Below are positions 17,637-25,953 of a stretch of 37,083 nt of DNA, piece after piece. The notes under the pieces are model-generated. The model ran no database searches, was not told the DNA's origin, and worked only from the letters and a program-made list of their open reading frames with translations. Source of the stretch: Ktedonobacterales bacterium (GTDB lineage Bacteria > Chloroflexota > Ktedonobacteria > Ktedonobacterales > JADMIN01); contig JBDTAI010000209.1 in assembly GCA_039924685.1 (NCBI GenBank), positions 1 to 37,083 on the forward strand, given 5' to 3'. A program made the translations under genes and the position numbers. How positions within the stretch are numbered: the stretch's first letter is position 1; each line of letters opens with the position of its first letter.

Positions 17637-17645
17637 TGCTAGAAT
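17637..17645 (+). promoter_or_regulatory. Possible extended -10 promoter (TGcTAGAAT)
   Basis: TGc + TAGAAT lies ~135 nt upstream of the ATG at 17781. Confidence 0.35.
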
Positions 17646-17780
17646 GGCGGCATTGCGGTTCGCCCGCTGCACGGCAGGGCGGTCTCAGCCTTGAAGGGCC
17701 AGAGCCAGAGTACGGACGACGTGGGCCTGAAAGCCCTGTAGCAGTGGCACGTTGAGGACGGCAGAAAGTGAGCGCGACCG

Positions 17781-18911
17781 ATGGCGTCACGCCCAGATAC
17801 GGCCACAGATACGGCCACAGATACGGCCACGCCTGCTCCGCCCCCTGCCAACGTCGGCGTCGTTGACGGATGCAGGTCAGGTCGCCCATCCAGCAGCATC
17901 CGCTTCGACTGGCTGATGCTGGCGGTGAGCGCCTGGCCACTGGCGGGCGCGTTGAGCGACGCCTATGCGCACATCAATGAGCCGGGGCTTGAGACCTTTT
18001 TCACCCCCTGGCATGCGCTGCTCTATTCAGGGCTGATCGTCGTCGGCGGCTGCAACGCGCTCGTGCTCTGGCGCAACCACAGGCAGGGTTATGCGTGGAG
18101 CCGCGCCATCGCGCCGGGCTACGAACTGACGCTGGTGGGGGTCTGCGTGCTGGCGGTCGCCGGTGGCCTCGATCTGATCTGGCATACGCTGTTTGGCATC
18201 GAGCGTGACGTGCCAGCCATTGTCAGCCCAACACACATCCTGATCGTCATTGGCATCCTGCTGATCGTCGCCGGGCCGTTGCGCTCGGCGTTCAGCCGAC
18301 CGCAGGGGCAGGATGTGCGCGGTTGGGCGCAGGCGCCGCTGATCCTCTCGGCGCTGCTCACCTATACCATGATCACCATCGTCCTCGAACTGACCAGCCC
18401 ATTCTCGTATCGCTGGGCCTCGGTGGGCAACGTGGACCTCTTCGCCAATACGCCCTACCCGCCAGTGGACTCATATCTCAGTCAGGGTTTCGGACTGATG
18501 AGCCTGATGATTCAGAGCGCGCTGCTGATGGGCCTGGTGTTGACGCTGGTGCGGCGCTGGCGCTTGGCGCCCGGCGCGCTCACGCTCTTGATCGGCGTCA
18601 ACGCTCTATTGATCAGCGCATTGATGACGGATTTCTCGCTGGTTCCGGGGATGTTTGTGGCAGGTATCGTCGGCGATCTGCTGCTCTTCTTGCTGCGCCC
18701 GGCGCCGGATCGGCGACTGGCGTTCCGCCTGTTCGCCTTTCTGCTGCCCGTCGTGGTCTATGGCGCCTACTTCGTCAATCTCGACCTCGTCTCCGGGGTG
18801 GTCTGGATCATCCATCTGCTCTTCGGCTCCATCATGGTCACGGGCCTGATCGGCCTGGGGATCAGCTATCTCGTGCTGCCGCCAACGCGCGCATCAGAGG
18901 CGCACGCATGA
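17781..18911 (+). CDS. Polytopic integral membrane protein, function unknown
   Basis: 376-aa ORF with roughly 10 hydrophobic segments and GC3-rich codon usage. No catalytic motif recognised. Confidence 0.7.
   Translation: MASRPDTATDTATDTATPAPPPANVGVVDGCRSGRPSSSIRFDWLMLAVSAWPLAGALSDAYAHINEPGLETFFTPWHALLYSGLIVVGGCNALVLWRNHRQGYAWSRAIAPGYELTLVGVCVLAVAGGLDLIWHTLFGIERDVPAIVSPTHILIVIGILLIVAGPLRSAFSRPQGQDVRGWAQAPLILSALLTYTMITIVLELTSPFSYRWASVGNVDLFANTPYPPVDSYLSQGFGLMSLMIQSALLMGLVLTLVRRWRLAPGALTLLIGVNALLISALMTDFSLVPGMFVAGIVGDLLLFLLRPAPDRRLAFRLFAFLLPVVVYGAYFVNLDLVSGVVWIIHLLFGSIMVTGLIGLGISYLVLPPTRASEAHA
17795..17830 (+). repeat. In-frame 12-bp tandem repeat x3 (agatacggccac) encoding DTAT-DTAT-DTAT
   Basis: Read directly. 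It lies in the N-terminal region of the 17781 CDS. Confidence 0.85.
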
Positions 18912-18987
18912 GATACTGAGATACGTAGAATATCGTTAATACCGTCTTCCAGCCCGCGTAGGCAAGCTTGGTGTCCGTAGGCCCAGA

Positions 18988-19008
18988 GGCGCGGCTTCAG
19001 CCGCTGGC
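18988..19008 (+). repeat. 21-bp repeat copy 1 (ggcgcggcttcagccgctggc) with internal GCGGC-ttca-GCCGC hairpin
   Basis: Exact match to 20841..20861 in the same orientation. Intergenic, upstream of clpP. Confidence 0.85.
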
Positions 19009-19045
19009 CGCCCCCCGCCGGACGTGGCAGGGAATCCCCGCTTTG

Positions 19046-19054
19046 TGCTATTCT
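19046..19054 (+). promoter_or_regulatory. Possible extended -10 promoter (TGcTATTCT) for clpP
   Basis: It lies ~70 nt upstream of the ATG at 19123. Confidence 0.35.
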
Positions 19055-19122
19055 GTAGGTACGATACGCGACATTGGAAACAGCGTGTTCTGTGGCGCCA
19101 TCGTGTACAGAGGAGCAAAGTT

Positions 19123-19806
19123 ATGGCATCGCATATGCAACATCCCTTCGATCCCGCCGCCCTGAAGTGGCTGGCCGGTGACAAGCCGCTGCCCGCCCCA
19201 GTGAGCGTGCTTGTGCCGAATGTGATCGAGTCCACCCCGCGTGGCGAGCGCGGCATGGATATCTATTCCCGCTTGCTCAAAGAGCGCATCATTTTCATCG
19301 GCACGCCGATTGACGATACGGTAGCCAATCTGGTCGTCGCACAGTTGCTCTTCCTTCAGAGCGAAGACGCGACCAAAGACATCAGCATGTACATCAACAG
19401 CCCCGGCGGCAGCATCTATGCGGGTCTGGCGGTCTATGACACCATGCAGTACATGAAGCCCGATGTGGCGACATTCTGCATGGGCATGGCCATGAGCATG
19501 GGCGCCGTCTTGCTGGCGTCGGGCGCAAAGGGCAAACGCTACGCCCTGCCCAACTCGACCATTCTGATCCACCAGCCGCTGGGCGGCGCCGAGGGCCAGG
19601 CGGCAGACATCGAGATCACTGCGCGTGAGATCATGCGGCTGCGCGACGCGCTCTACCAGATTCTGGTGCATCATACCGGTCAGTCGCTTGATGTTATCAA
19701 GCGCGACTCTGACCGCAACTACTACATGAGCGCCGAAGACGCCCTGAAGTATGGCATTGTGGACGAAATCCTCACGCCAAGTCAGGAACTCGCCACCACG
19801 CGCTAG
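19123..19806 (+). CDS. clpP: ATP-dependent Clp protease proteolytic subunit
   Basis: [21 protein letters not shown], catalytic Ser region [11 protein letters not shown], His region [16 protein letters not shown] lies upstream of the ATG at 19123. The ORF-track extension back to 19024 is not ClpP-like. Confidence 0.93.
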   Translation: MASHMQHPFDPAALKWLAGDKPLPAPVSVLVPNVIESTPRGERGMDIYSRLLKERIIFIGTPIDDTVANLVVAQLLFLQSEDATKDISMYINSPGGSIYAGLAVYDTMQYMKPDVATFCMGMAMSMGAVLLASGAKGKRYALPNSTILIHQPLGGAEGQAADIEITAREIMRLRDALYQILVHHTGQSLDVIKRDSDRNYYMSAEDALKYGIVDEILTPSQELATTR

Positions 19807-19875
19807 GGAACTTGTCGCCGACCTGTGACAATCGGGCGATACGCAACGTAGTAGGCAGTGAATGATGGTTTGGGT

Positions 19876-19911
19876 AGCCCTGGGGTAGCAGTTATCGCTT
19901 GCCCCAGGGCT
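19876..19911 (+). terminator. clpP terminator hairpin
   Basis: 10-bp perfect stem agccctgggg / ccccagggct with a 16-nt loop, followed by gttcgtgt. Confidence 0.55.
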
Positions 19912-20072
19912 GTTCGTGTCTGGCATGGGGCGCGGAAGCGCGGCCATCAATGGTCGGCGCGCGGCACGGTGGCGTTCGGTCAGCGGGTAAACCCGCGCCG
20001 CTGGGCGCTCACGCGCCACGAAGCCTGCCTGCGCAGGCAGGAGAATCGTGTGCGTGGATCGGAGGCGGCTGA

Positions 20073-20807
20073 ATGGCGGTGACAGAGAGGCAGGAGCAGG
20101 TACAGCCATCGGCTCCGGCGCGCGCGCGGATGTTGCGCTTCCTCTTCGGGCTGCTCTATCGCAATCGCACGCTCTACTGGCTTGCCAGCACGATTCCCTT
20201 TGCCGGACAGTGGCGCGTGTGGCAGCGACTGGCGGTTCCGCGCATCGTCGGCGCGGATGTATTGGAGATCGGCTGCGGCATCGGCAAACTGCTGGCGGAT
20301 ATGGTTCAGGCGGGCTATGCCTGCACAGCGGTTGATCGCTCACCGCAGATGGTGGCGGCCACACGCGGAGAACTGCGTCGGCGCGGCCTGCCCACCGACG
20401 CGGCGCCCGTGCTGCTGGCGAGCGCGCAACGGCTGCCCTTTCCGGCGGCATCGTTCGATACCGTGGTCAGCACGTTCCCGACCGACTATATCTTTGATCC
20501 TGCCACACTGCATGAGGTGGCGCGGGTCTTGCGTCCCGGCGGACGACTGATCATTGTGATGGGCGCCGAGTTGCTGCCTGCGCGGGCGGCGTTGGTCCCA
20601 TTGGTGGCGCTGCAAACGCTGGTATATGGCCGTCGTGGCGAGGCGTCTGGCGCCGGGCGAGCAAATTGCGCGCTTTCGACTACTTCCGGCCTGGGCAAGG
20701 CGCTCACCGAGGCGGGGTTTTTGCCGCAGGCCGAGTGTGTGGCGGGGCCATTCTGGCAGGCGTACCTGCTGCTGGCCGAACGCTCCGACATGGCCGACGT
20801 AGTATGA
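20073..20807 (+). CDS. Class I SAM-dependent methyltransferase
   Basis: Motif I VLEIGCGIGKL and post-motif LRPGGRLII. Confidence 0.8.
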   Translation: MAVTERQEQVQPSAPARARMLRFLFGLLYRNRTLYWLASTIPFAGQWRVWQRLAVPRIVGADVLEIGCGIGKLLADMVQAGYACTAVDRSPQMVAATRGELRRRGLPTDAAPVLLASAQRLPFPAASFDTVVSTFPTDYIFDPATLHEVARVLRPGGRLIIVMGAELLPARAALVPLVALQTLVYGRRGEASGAGRANCALSTTSGLGKALTEAGFLPQAECVAGPFWQAYLLLAERSDMADVV

Positions 20808-20840
20808 GGGCCGTGAGGGCAGGGAACCGGATGTCGCCTG

Positions 20841-20861
20841 GGCGCGGCTTCAGCCGCTGGC
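20841..20861 (+). repeat. 21-bp repeat copy 2 (ggcgcggcttcagccgctggc)
   Basis: Exact match to 18988..19008. Intergenic, just upstream of mutS2. Confidence 0.85.
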
Positions 20862-20919
20862 TACTATCCAGCGCATGATGAAACAACACCAACTAGAGAG
20901 ATATAGTACGGCACAACAG

Positions 20920-23310
20920 ATGCACACGAAAAGTCTGAACACACTCGAATATCCCAAAATCATCGCGCGGCTGGCGGATGAGGCGGCCTTCTCGGCGAGC
21001 AAAGAATTGGCGCTGGCGCTCGAACCGACCGCCGATCCCAGCGAGGCGCGGCGGCGGCAGGCCTATACCGAGGAAGCGCGGCGGCTGATTGATGCGCGGC
21101 CCGATGCAGGTGTGCGGGGCGCGCATGAGATACGCCCACAGGCGCGTGCGGCTGAACACGGCAGAGTCCTCAGTCCCGCTGATCTGCTCGACATCCTGGC
21201 CACCGCGCGCTCTTCAGCGTATGTCTCGCGGCTGATCACGCGCCAGGAGGCGGAGTATCCGCTGCTCAAGGCGCTGGCTGTGGACCTGCCGATCCGCCCG
21301 CAACTCGAAGGGCGCATCGCTGAGTGTATCGGCGACGAGGGTGATGTGCTGGATTCAGCCTCGCCGCGCCTGCGCCAGTTGCGGCTGGAACTGCGCGCCG
21401 CCCAGCAACGCCTGCAAGAGCGGCTGGGAACACTGGTGAATGAGTATCGTAGCGCCCTGCAAGACCCGATCATCACCCTGCGCTCCGACAGGTATGTCTT
21501 GCCGGTGCGGGCCGAGGCGCGTGGGCAGGTGCGCGGCATCGTCCACGATCAATCGGGCAGCGGAGCGACGGTCTTTGTCGAGCCGCTGGTGGTGGTGGAG
21601 ATGAACAACCGCCTGCGCCAGTTGCAGATCGAGGAGCGCCAGGAGATCGAGCGTATCCTGCAAGAACTCTCGGAACTGGTGGGACGCGAGGCGCCCTATC
21701 TGATCCTGGCTGTGGAACTGCTGGCGGAGATTGACCTGCATCTGGCGAAGGCGCGCTATGCCAGCCTCACCCGCGCCAGCGCCCCTGCGCTCAACACCGA
21801 AGGGCGGCTGCGGCTGCGACAGGCGCGACATCCGCTGCTCACCGGCAAGGTGGTGCCGCTGGACTTCTGGCTGGGCGGCGACGAGGCACGCATGGTGGTG
21901 ATCACCGGCCCCAACACCGGCGGCAAGACGGTGGCGCTCAAAACCGTCGGCCTGCTGGCGCTGATGGCGCTGGCCGGACTGCACATTCCAGCGGAAGATG
22001 GCTCGGAGGTTCCTGTCTTCGCCGATGTGTTCGCCGATATTGGCGACGAGCAGAGCATCGAACAGAGCCTCAGCACCTTTTCATCGCATATGAGCCGCAT
22101 CGTCGAGATTCTGGGCGCCGCGACGCCCGACTCGCTGGTGCTGCTGGATGAACTTGGCGCAGGCACCGATCCCAGTGAAGGTTCGGCGCTGGCGCGGGCG
22201 ATCCTCTCCGATCTGCTGGCGCGCAACGTGGAGACACTGGCTACCACCCACTACTCTGAACTCAAAGCCTTCGCGCATGAGGAGCGCGGCGCCACCAACG
22301 CCTCGGTCGAGTTCGATGTGGAGACGCTCTCGCCGACGTATAAGCTCAATATCGGCCTGCCGGGGCGCAGCAACGCGCTTGCCATCGCCTCGCGCCTGGG
22401 CCTTGCGCCGGAGATCGTGCAGCGGGCGCGCGAGTTCCTGGGGTCCGAGGGTGTGGAGATGGAGAGCCTGCTGGAAGGGCTGGCCGCCGAACGCCAGGGG
22501 GCGGCGGATGAACGCTATCACCTCAGTATGGAGCGCGCCGAGGCCGAGTATCAGCGGCGTGAACTCGAACGGTTGCGCGCCGAAGTCGAGCATCTGCATG
22601 TGGAGGCAGAGGCTGAACGTGAGCGGATCATCAACGAGGCGCGGATCAGAGCGCGGCGCGAGGCAGAGAATGCTCAGGCCGAACTTGCGCGCATTCGCAC
22701 CCAGATGCGTTCACAACTGACTGAGGAGCGGCTTGAGGAACTGCGCGCCCGCGCCCACCGGCTGACGGAGCGCAATGCGCCGCTGCCTTCGCGGGTCAGG
22801 GCGTTGCCAGCGGCAGCCAGTGAGGCAGCGCTTGAGGGGCCGCTGGAGATCGGCGATACTGTGCGCGTGCGCTCGATGAACCAGACCGGCGAGGTGCTGG
22901 CGCTGCCCAACACACGTGGCGATGTGGAGGTGCAGGTGGGCGCGCTCAAGCTACGAGTGGGGCGCGACAACCTTGATCGCCTCAGCCGACGGCAGGCGCG
23001 CGCAGGTGAACGGACGCCCCAGACACACCTTGTCACACTGCCACCACGCGAAGACACCCCTTCGCCTGATGCGCAGCTTGATCTGCGCGGCTGGCGGGTT
23101 GATGACGCGCTCGACGAGGTGGATAGTTACGTCAACGACGCCTATATGTCGAACATGCCAACCGTGCGATTGCTGCACGGCAAGGGAACCGGCGCACTGC
23201 GACAGGCGATCCGCGAACGATTGCGCCACAATCCGATGGTGAAGTCGCTGGCGTCCGCGCTGCCCAAAGAGGGCGGCGATGGTATCACCGTGGTGACGCT
23301 CAACATCTGA
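20920..23310 (+). CDS. mutS2: Endonuclease MutS2 (MutS ATPase core + C-terminal Smr domain)
   Basis: N-terminus MHTKSLNTLEYPKI, Walker A GPNTGGKT, Smr LDLRGWRVDDAL...LLHGKGTGALR. The start could also be ATG 20875. Confidence 0.92.
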   Translation: MHTKSLNTLEYPKIIARLADEAAFSASKELALALEPTADPSEARRRQAYTEEARRLIDARPDAGVRGAHEIRPQARAAEHGRVLSPADLLDILATARSSAYVSRLITRQEAEYPLLKALAVDLPIRPQLEGRIAECIGDEGDVLDSASPRLRQLRLELRAAQQRLQERLGTLVNEYRSALQDPIITLRSDRYVLPVRAEARGQVRGIVHDQSGSGATVFVEPLVVVEMNNRLRQLQIEERQEIERILQELSELVGREAPYLILAVELLAEIDLHLAKARYASLTRASAPALNTEGRLRLRQARHPLLTGKVVPLDFWLGGDEARMVVITGPNTGGKTVALKTVGLLALMALAGLHIPAEDGSEVPVFADVFADIGDEQSIEQSLSTFSSHMSRIVEILGAATPDSLVLLDELGAGTDPSEGSALARAILSDLLARNVETLATTHYSELKAFAHEERGATNASVEFDVETLSPTYKLNIGLPGRSNALAIASRLGLAPEIVQRAREFLGSEGVEMESLLEGLAAERQGAADERYHLSMERAEAEYQRRELERLRAEVEHLHVEAEAERERIINEARIRARREAENAQAELARIRTQMRSQLTEERLEELRARAHRLTERNAPLPSRVRALPAAASEAALEGPLEIGDTVRVRSMNQTGEVLALPNTRGDVEVQVGALKLRVGRDNLDRLSRRQARAGERTPQTHLVTLPPREDTPSPDAQLDLRGWRVDDALDEVDSYVNDAYMSNMPTVRLLHGKGTGALRQAIRERLRHNPMVKSLASALPKEGGDGITVVTLNI

Positions 23311-23340
23311 TGGCCCCTTGATGGCCCCTTGATGGCCCCT
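23308..23340 (+). repeat. Tandem repeat, 11-bp unit tgatggcccct x3, starting at the mutS2 stop codon
   Basis: Read directly; three perfect units. Confidence 0.9.
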
Positions 23341-23378
23341 GTTGGGCGCCTGATAACAACTGGCGGTATCCGGTGCGC

Positions 23379-23418
23379 GTAGTAGTCTGTAGTAGTCTGT
23401 AGTAGTCTGTAGTAGTCT
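23379..23418 (+). repeat. Tandem repeat, 10-bp unit gtagtagtct x4
   Basis: Read directly; four perfect units. Confidence 0.9.
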
Positions 23419-23601
23419 ATGGTGAGCCAGCATCAAGCCTGCTGACATGCGAGATCAGTTTGTATGGCGTATGGCCCGGCGGGCGGCGTGGTATGCGCCT
23501 GGTTGGCGCCGCGTCGCGGATAGCGGGTCGCGTGGCATGGCCCGGTGGGCCACACGATCACTGCCACATCACGCATACAACGTCTGCTGTGCAGCGGGCG
23601 C

Positions 23602-23630
23602 TTGACGTGAGTGACCACTGCCACTACGAT
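23602..23630 (+). promoter_or_regulatory. Candidate sigma70-type promoter for the S41 peptidase gene
   Basis: TTGACG (23602-23607), 17-nt spacer, TACGAT (23625-23630). It lies ~85 nt upstream of the GTG at 23716. Confidence 0.5.
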
Positions 23631-23715
23631 AGAGGAAGGCTGCGCCGTGCGCCGCCTGCCAGCAGACATATAAGCGGGTTATGAATGGATCGTCCTGGGT
23701 GAGTGGAGGCTTTGG

Positions 23716-25092
23716 GTGCTCAACACGACAGATAGAAATACCGCGTCTTCGTCAGCGGCTGACCAGCAACCCGATCCGGCGCGAGTGCGCCGACAGCACG
23801 CTGATCAGGCGTTGACACAGATCGTGACGACGGCGCTGCTGGTGGCGATTGCCTTTGGCGCGGGGTGGTTTGGCAACAGTTATGTCAACCGCGACAGGTA
23901 TATCTCTAACCCCAACGAGTTGATCATTCACCAGGCGTGGAACGACATCAACAAGAACTTCGTCGTCACCAGCAATATCAACCAGAAGCAGATGGCCTAC
24001 GCCGCTGTCAATGGCATGATCGGCACCCTCAACGATCCCGGCCACACCGTCTTCCTGACGCCTGAACAATACTCATCGGAGACGGCCTCGCTCAACGGGC
24101 AGGCGCAGATTGGCCTGGGCGTGGAACTCAGTGGTGGTGACGGCAAAACGCCGCTGAAGGTGCTGGTGGTCTTCCCCGGCTCCTCCGCCGATAAGGCGGG
24201 CGTGAAGCCCGGCGACGAGTTCGCAGCGATTAATGGAACTGATGTCACCCACCAGACGAGCGATCAGGTGCGCCAGTTGATCGCCCAGCAGGGAACCAGG
24301 ACCTTCACGCTGACGATGTTTCGCCCCAGCCTGAAGAAGACGATCACTTTCAGCCTTGCGCGCGGCCCCTACACTGTGCCGACCGTTGCAACCTACTACC
24401 TGCCCCAGCAGAATCTTGCCGACATCCAGTTGTTCCAGTTCAGCGACCGGTCCAGTGTTGATCTTCAGAAGGCGCTGACCGACGCCATCAACAACCACCA
24501 TGCCAAGGGGATCATCTTCGATCTGCGTGGCAATCCGGGTGGTCTGCTGCAAGAGGCGATCAACGTTGTCAGTGAGTTCTTGCCGTATAGCGCCTCCAAC
24601 CCTGACAAGGTGCTGATCGTGAAGAGCCGCACCTCGTCAAGTACCTACACCGTGAGCGATGCAGCGGAACAGTCGGCGCAGGGACAATCCGTTGTGATTG
24701 ACAAGGGGCTGGCGGCCAACACACCAGTGGCGATTCTGGTGGATAGCGGCACGGCCAGCGCGGCGGAGATTACCACAGGCGCGATCCACATCAATCGCCC
24801 GGACGTGCATGTGATCGGCCAGACAACCTATGGCACCGGCACTGTACTCCAAACCTACATCTTCGGCGATGGCTCGGCGTTGGTGCTTGGCACGCAGGAG
24901 TTCCTGCTGCCCAACGGAGCATCCATCTATCACAAGGGCTACACACCCGACCAGCCGGTGGCGCTGCCCAACACCGTGCAGCCGCTGACGCCGCTGGTGG
25001 CCAGTGAGGACAACCTTACCTACGCCCAGGTGCAGAAGTCGGGTGACGCGCAGTTGCTCACGGCGATCAGCGACCTGAGCGGCGGCCAGTAG
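23716..25092 (+). CDS. S41-family C-terminal processing peptidase with PDZ domain
   Basis: TM anchor near the N-terminus, PDZ-like GDEFAAINGTDV, S41 signature FDLRGNPGGLL. GTG start with gagtggagg upstream. Confidence 0.88.
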   Translation: MLNTTDRNTASSSAADQQPDPARVRRQHADQALTQIVTTALLVAIAFGAGWFGNSYVNRDRYISNPNELIIHQAWNDINKNFVVTSNINQKQMAYAAVNGMIGTLNDPGHTVFLTPEQYSSETASLNGQAQIGLGVELSGGDGKTPLKVLVVFPGSSADKAGVKPGDEFAAINGTDVTHQTSDQVRQLIAQQGTRTFTLTMFRPSLKKTITFSLARGPYTVPTVATYYLPQQNLADIQLFQFSDRSSVDLQKALTDAINNHHAKGIIFDLRGNPGGLLQEAINVVSEFLPYSASNPDKVLIVKSRTSSSTYTVSDAAEQSAQGQSVVIDKGLAANTPVAILVDSGTASAAEITTGAIHINRPDVHVIGQTTYGTGTVLQTYIFGDGSALVLGTQEFLLPNGASIYHKGYTPDQPVALPNTVQPLTPLVASEDNLTYAQVQKSGDAQLLTAISDLSGGQ

Positions 25093-25126
25093 TTCACCAG
25101 CGATAGCTGCCAATAACTTCGTACCC

Positions 25127-25156
25127 AAGCCCCTTCTCACCACTGGGAAGGGGCTT
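25127..25156 (+). terminator. Terminator hairpin after the S41 peptidase gene
   Basis: aagccccttc / gaaggggctt (10 bp) followed by tctgtt. Confidence 0.6.
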
Positions 25157-25300
25157 TCTGTTGGCTTGACTTTGGTGATATGCTTCTAGGCAAATAGACG
25201 CTTTCCTTTATTGTCCTTATAGTGTCCCTACACAATGGCGAACGCTCTCTGCTGAACAGTATGTGCGTTAGGTTGCGACCGTTCAGCGGCTATTTTTCCT

Positions 25301-25873
25301 GTGTTGCGAAAGGGCGCCCCTATGCAGCCACAATCAGCCCAACCACCACTCGCGCAACCGTCATCGTCCCAACCATCCACTCAATCACCTGTCCAACCAC
25401 CGTCCCCGCTATCGGCGCGCCGGATGCTGCGCTGGCTGCCGCTGCTGGCTTGCGCGCTGCTGCTGGTTGGTTTCGCGGTCTGGCTGCTGGCGCTGCGCCT
25501 CGCCACGCCGACGGGCATCACTGTTACCTGGCAGGGGCAGCCACAGGGCTTCACATCCAGCGATCAGAGCGCGATCGCTGATCAACTGAAGACTACGATC
25601 ACAGCAGACTCCGGCGGACAGCAACCGACGATCACCTACAAGATTACCTATGCGCAACGCCAGGGCGACTACGCCGTCCTGGGAGCTGAAGAGCAGACAC
25701 CATCCGGCCAGATGATTGCCAATGAGGGGGTGATTATGCTGGCGCAGAAACAGGGCGGTGTATGGAAGGTCTGGCTGCCCTCCTCACCCGGCTTCTGCGC
25801 CGAACTCAACCAACTGCCGCAGGGCATGCTCTCGACTGACGAACGCTCACAATTTGGCGGCTGTCCGGCATAG
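25301..25873 (+). CDS. Membrane-anchored or secreted hypothetical protein with Pro/Gln/Ser-rich N-terminus
   Basis: ORF with TM segment WLPLLACALLLVGFAVWLLAL. The start is GTG 25301 or ATG 25322. No domain recognised. Confidence 0.6.
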   Translation: MLRKGAPMQPQSAQPPLAQPSSSQPSTQSPVQPPSPLSARRMLRWLPLLACALLLVGFAVWLLALRLATPTGITVTWQGQPQGFTSSDQSAIADQLKTTITADSGGQQPTITYKITYAQRQGDYAVLGAEEQTPSGQMIANEGVIMLAQKQGGVWKVWLPSSPGFCAELNQLPQGMLSTDERSQFGGCPA

Positions 25874-25953
25874 CGCCACATGCTCGCTTTCCGTGGCACA
25901 TCCCAGTCCCATTCATCTCTCACTGCTTCTGCTGATGAATTGAGGTTTTGCTT

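Noticed and set aside
19048-20451. 467-aa ORF on the minus strand spanning clpP and the methyltransferase gene
   Set aside because: It is antisense to two genes with clear catalytic motifs. The translation is Arg/Ala/Pro-rich with no motif, which is typical of a long open antisense frame in high-GC DNA.
23308-23418. Tandem arrays considered as a possible CRISPR array (also those at 931, 27002, 36376)
   Set aside because: The units are only 9-15 bp and directly abut with no unique spacers, and no cas genes are in the window. These are simple tandem repeats.
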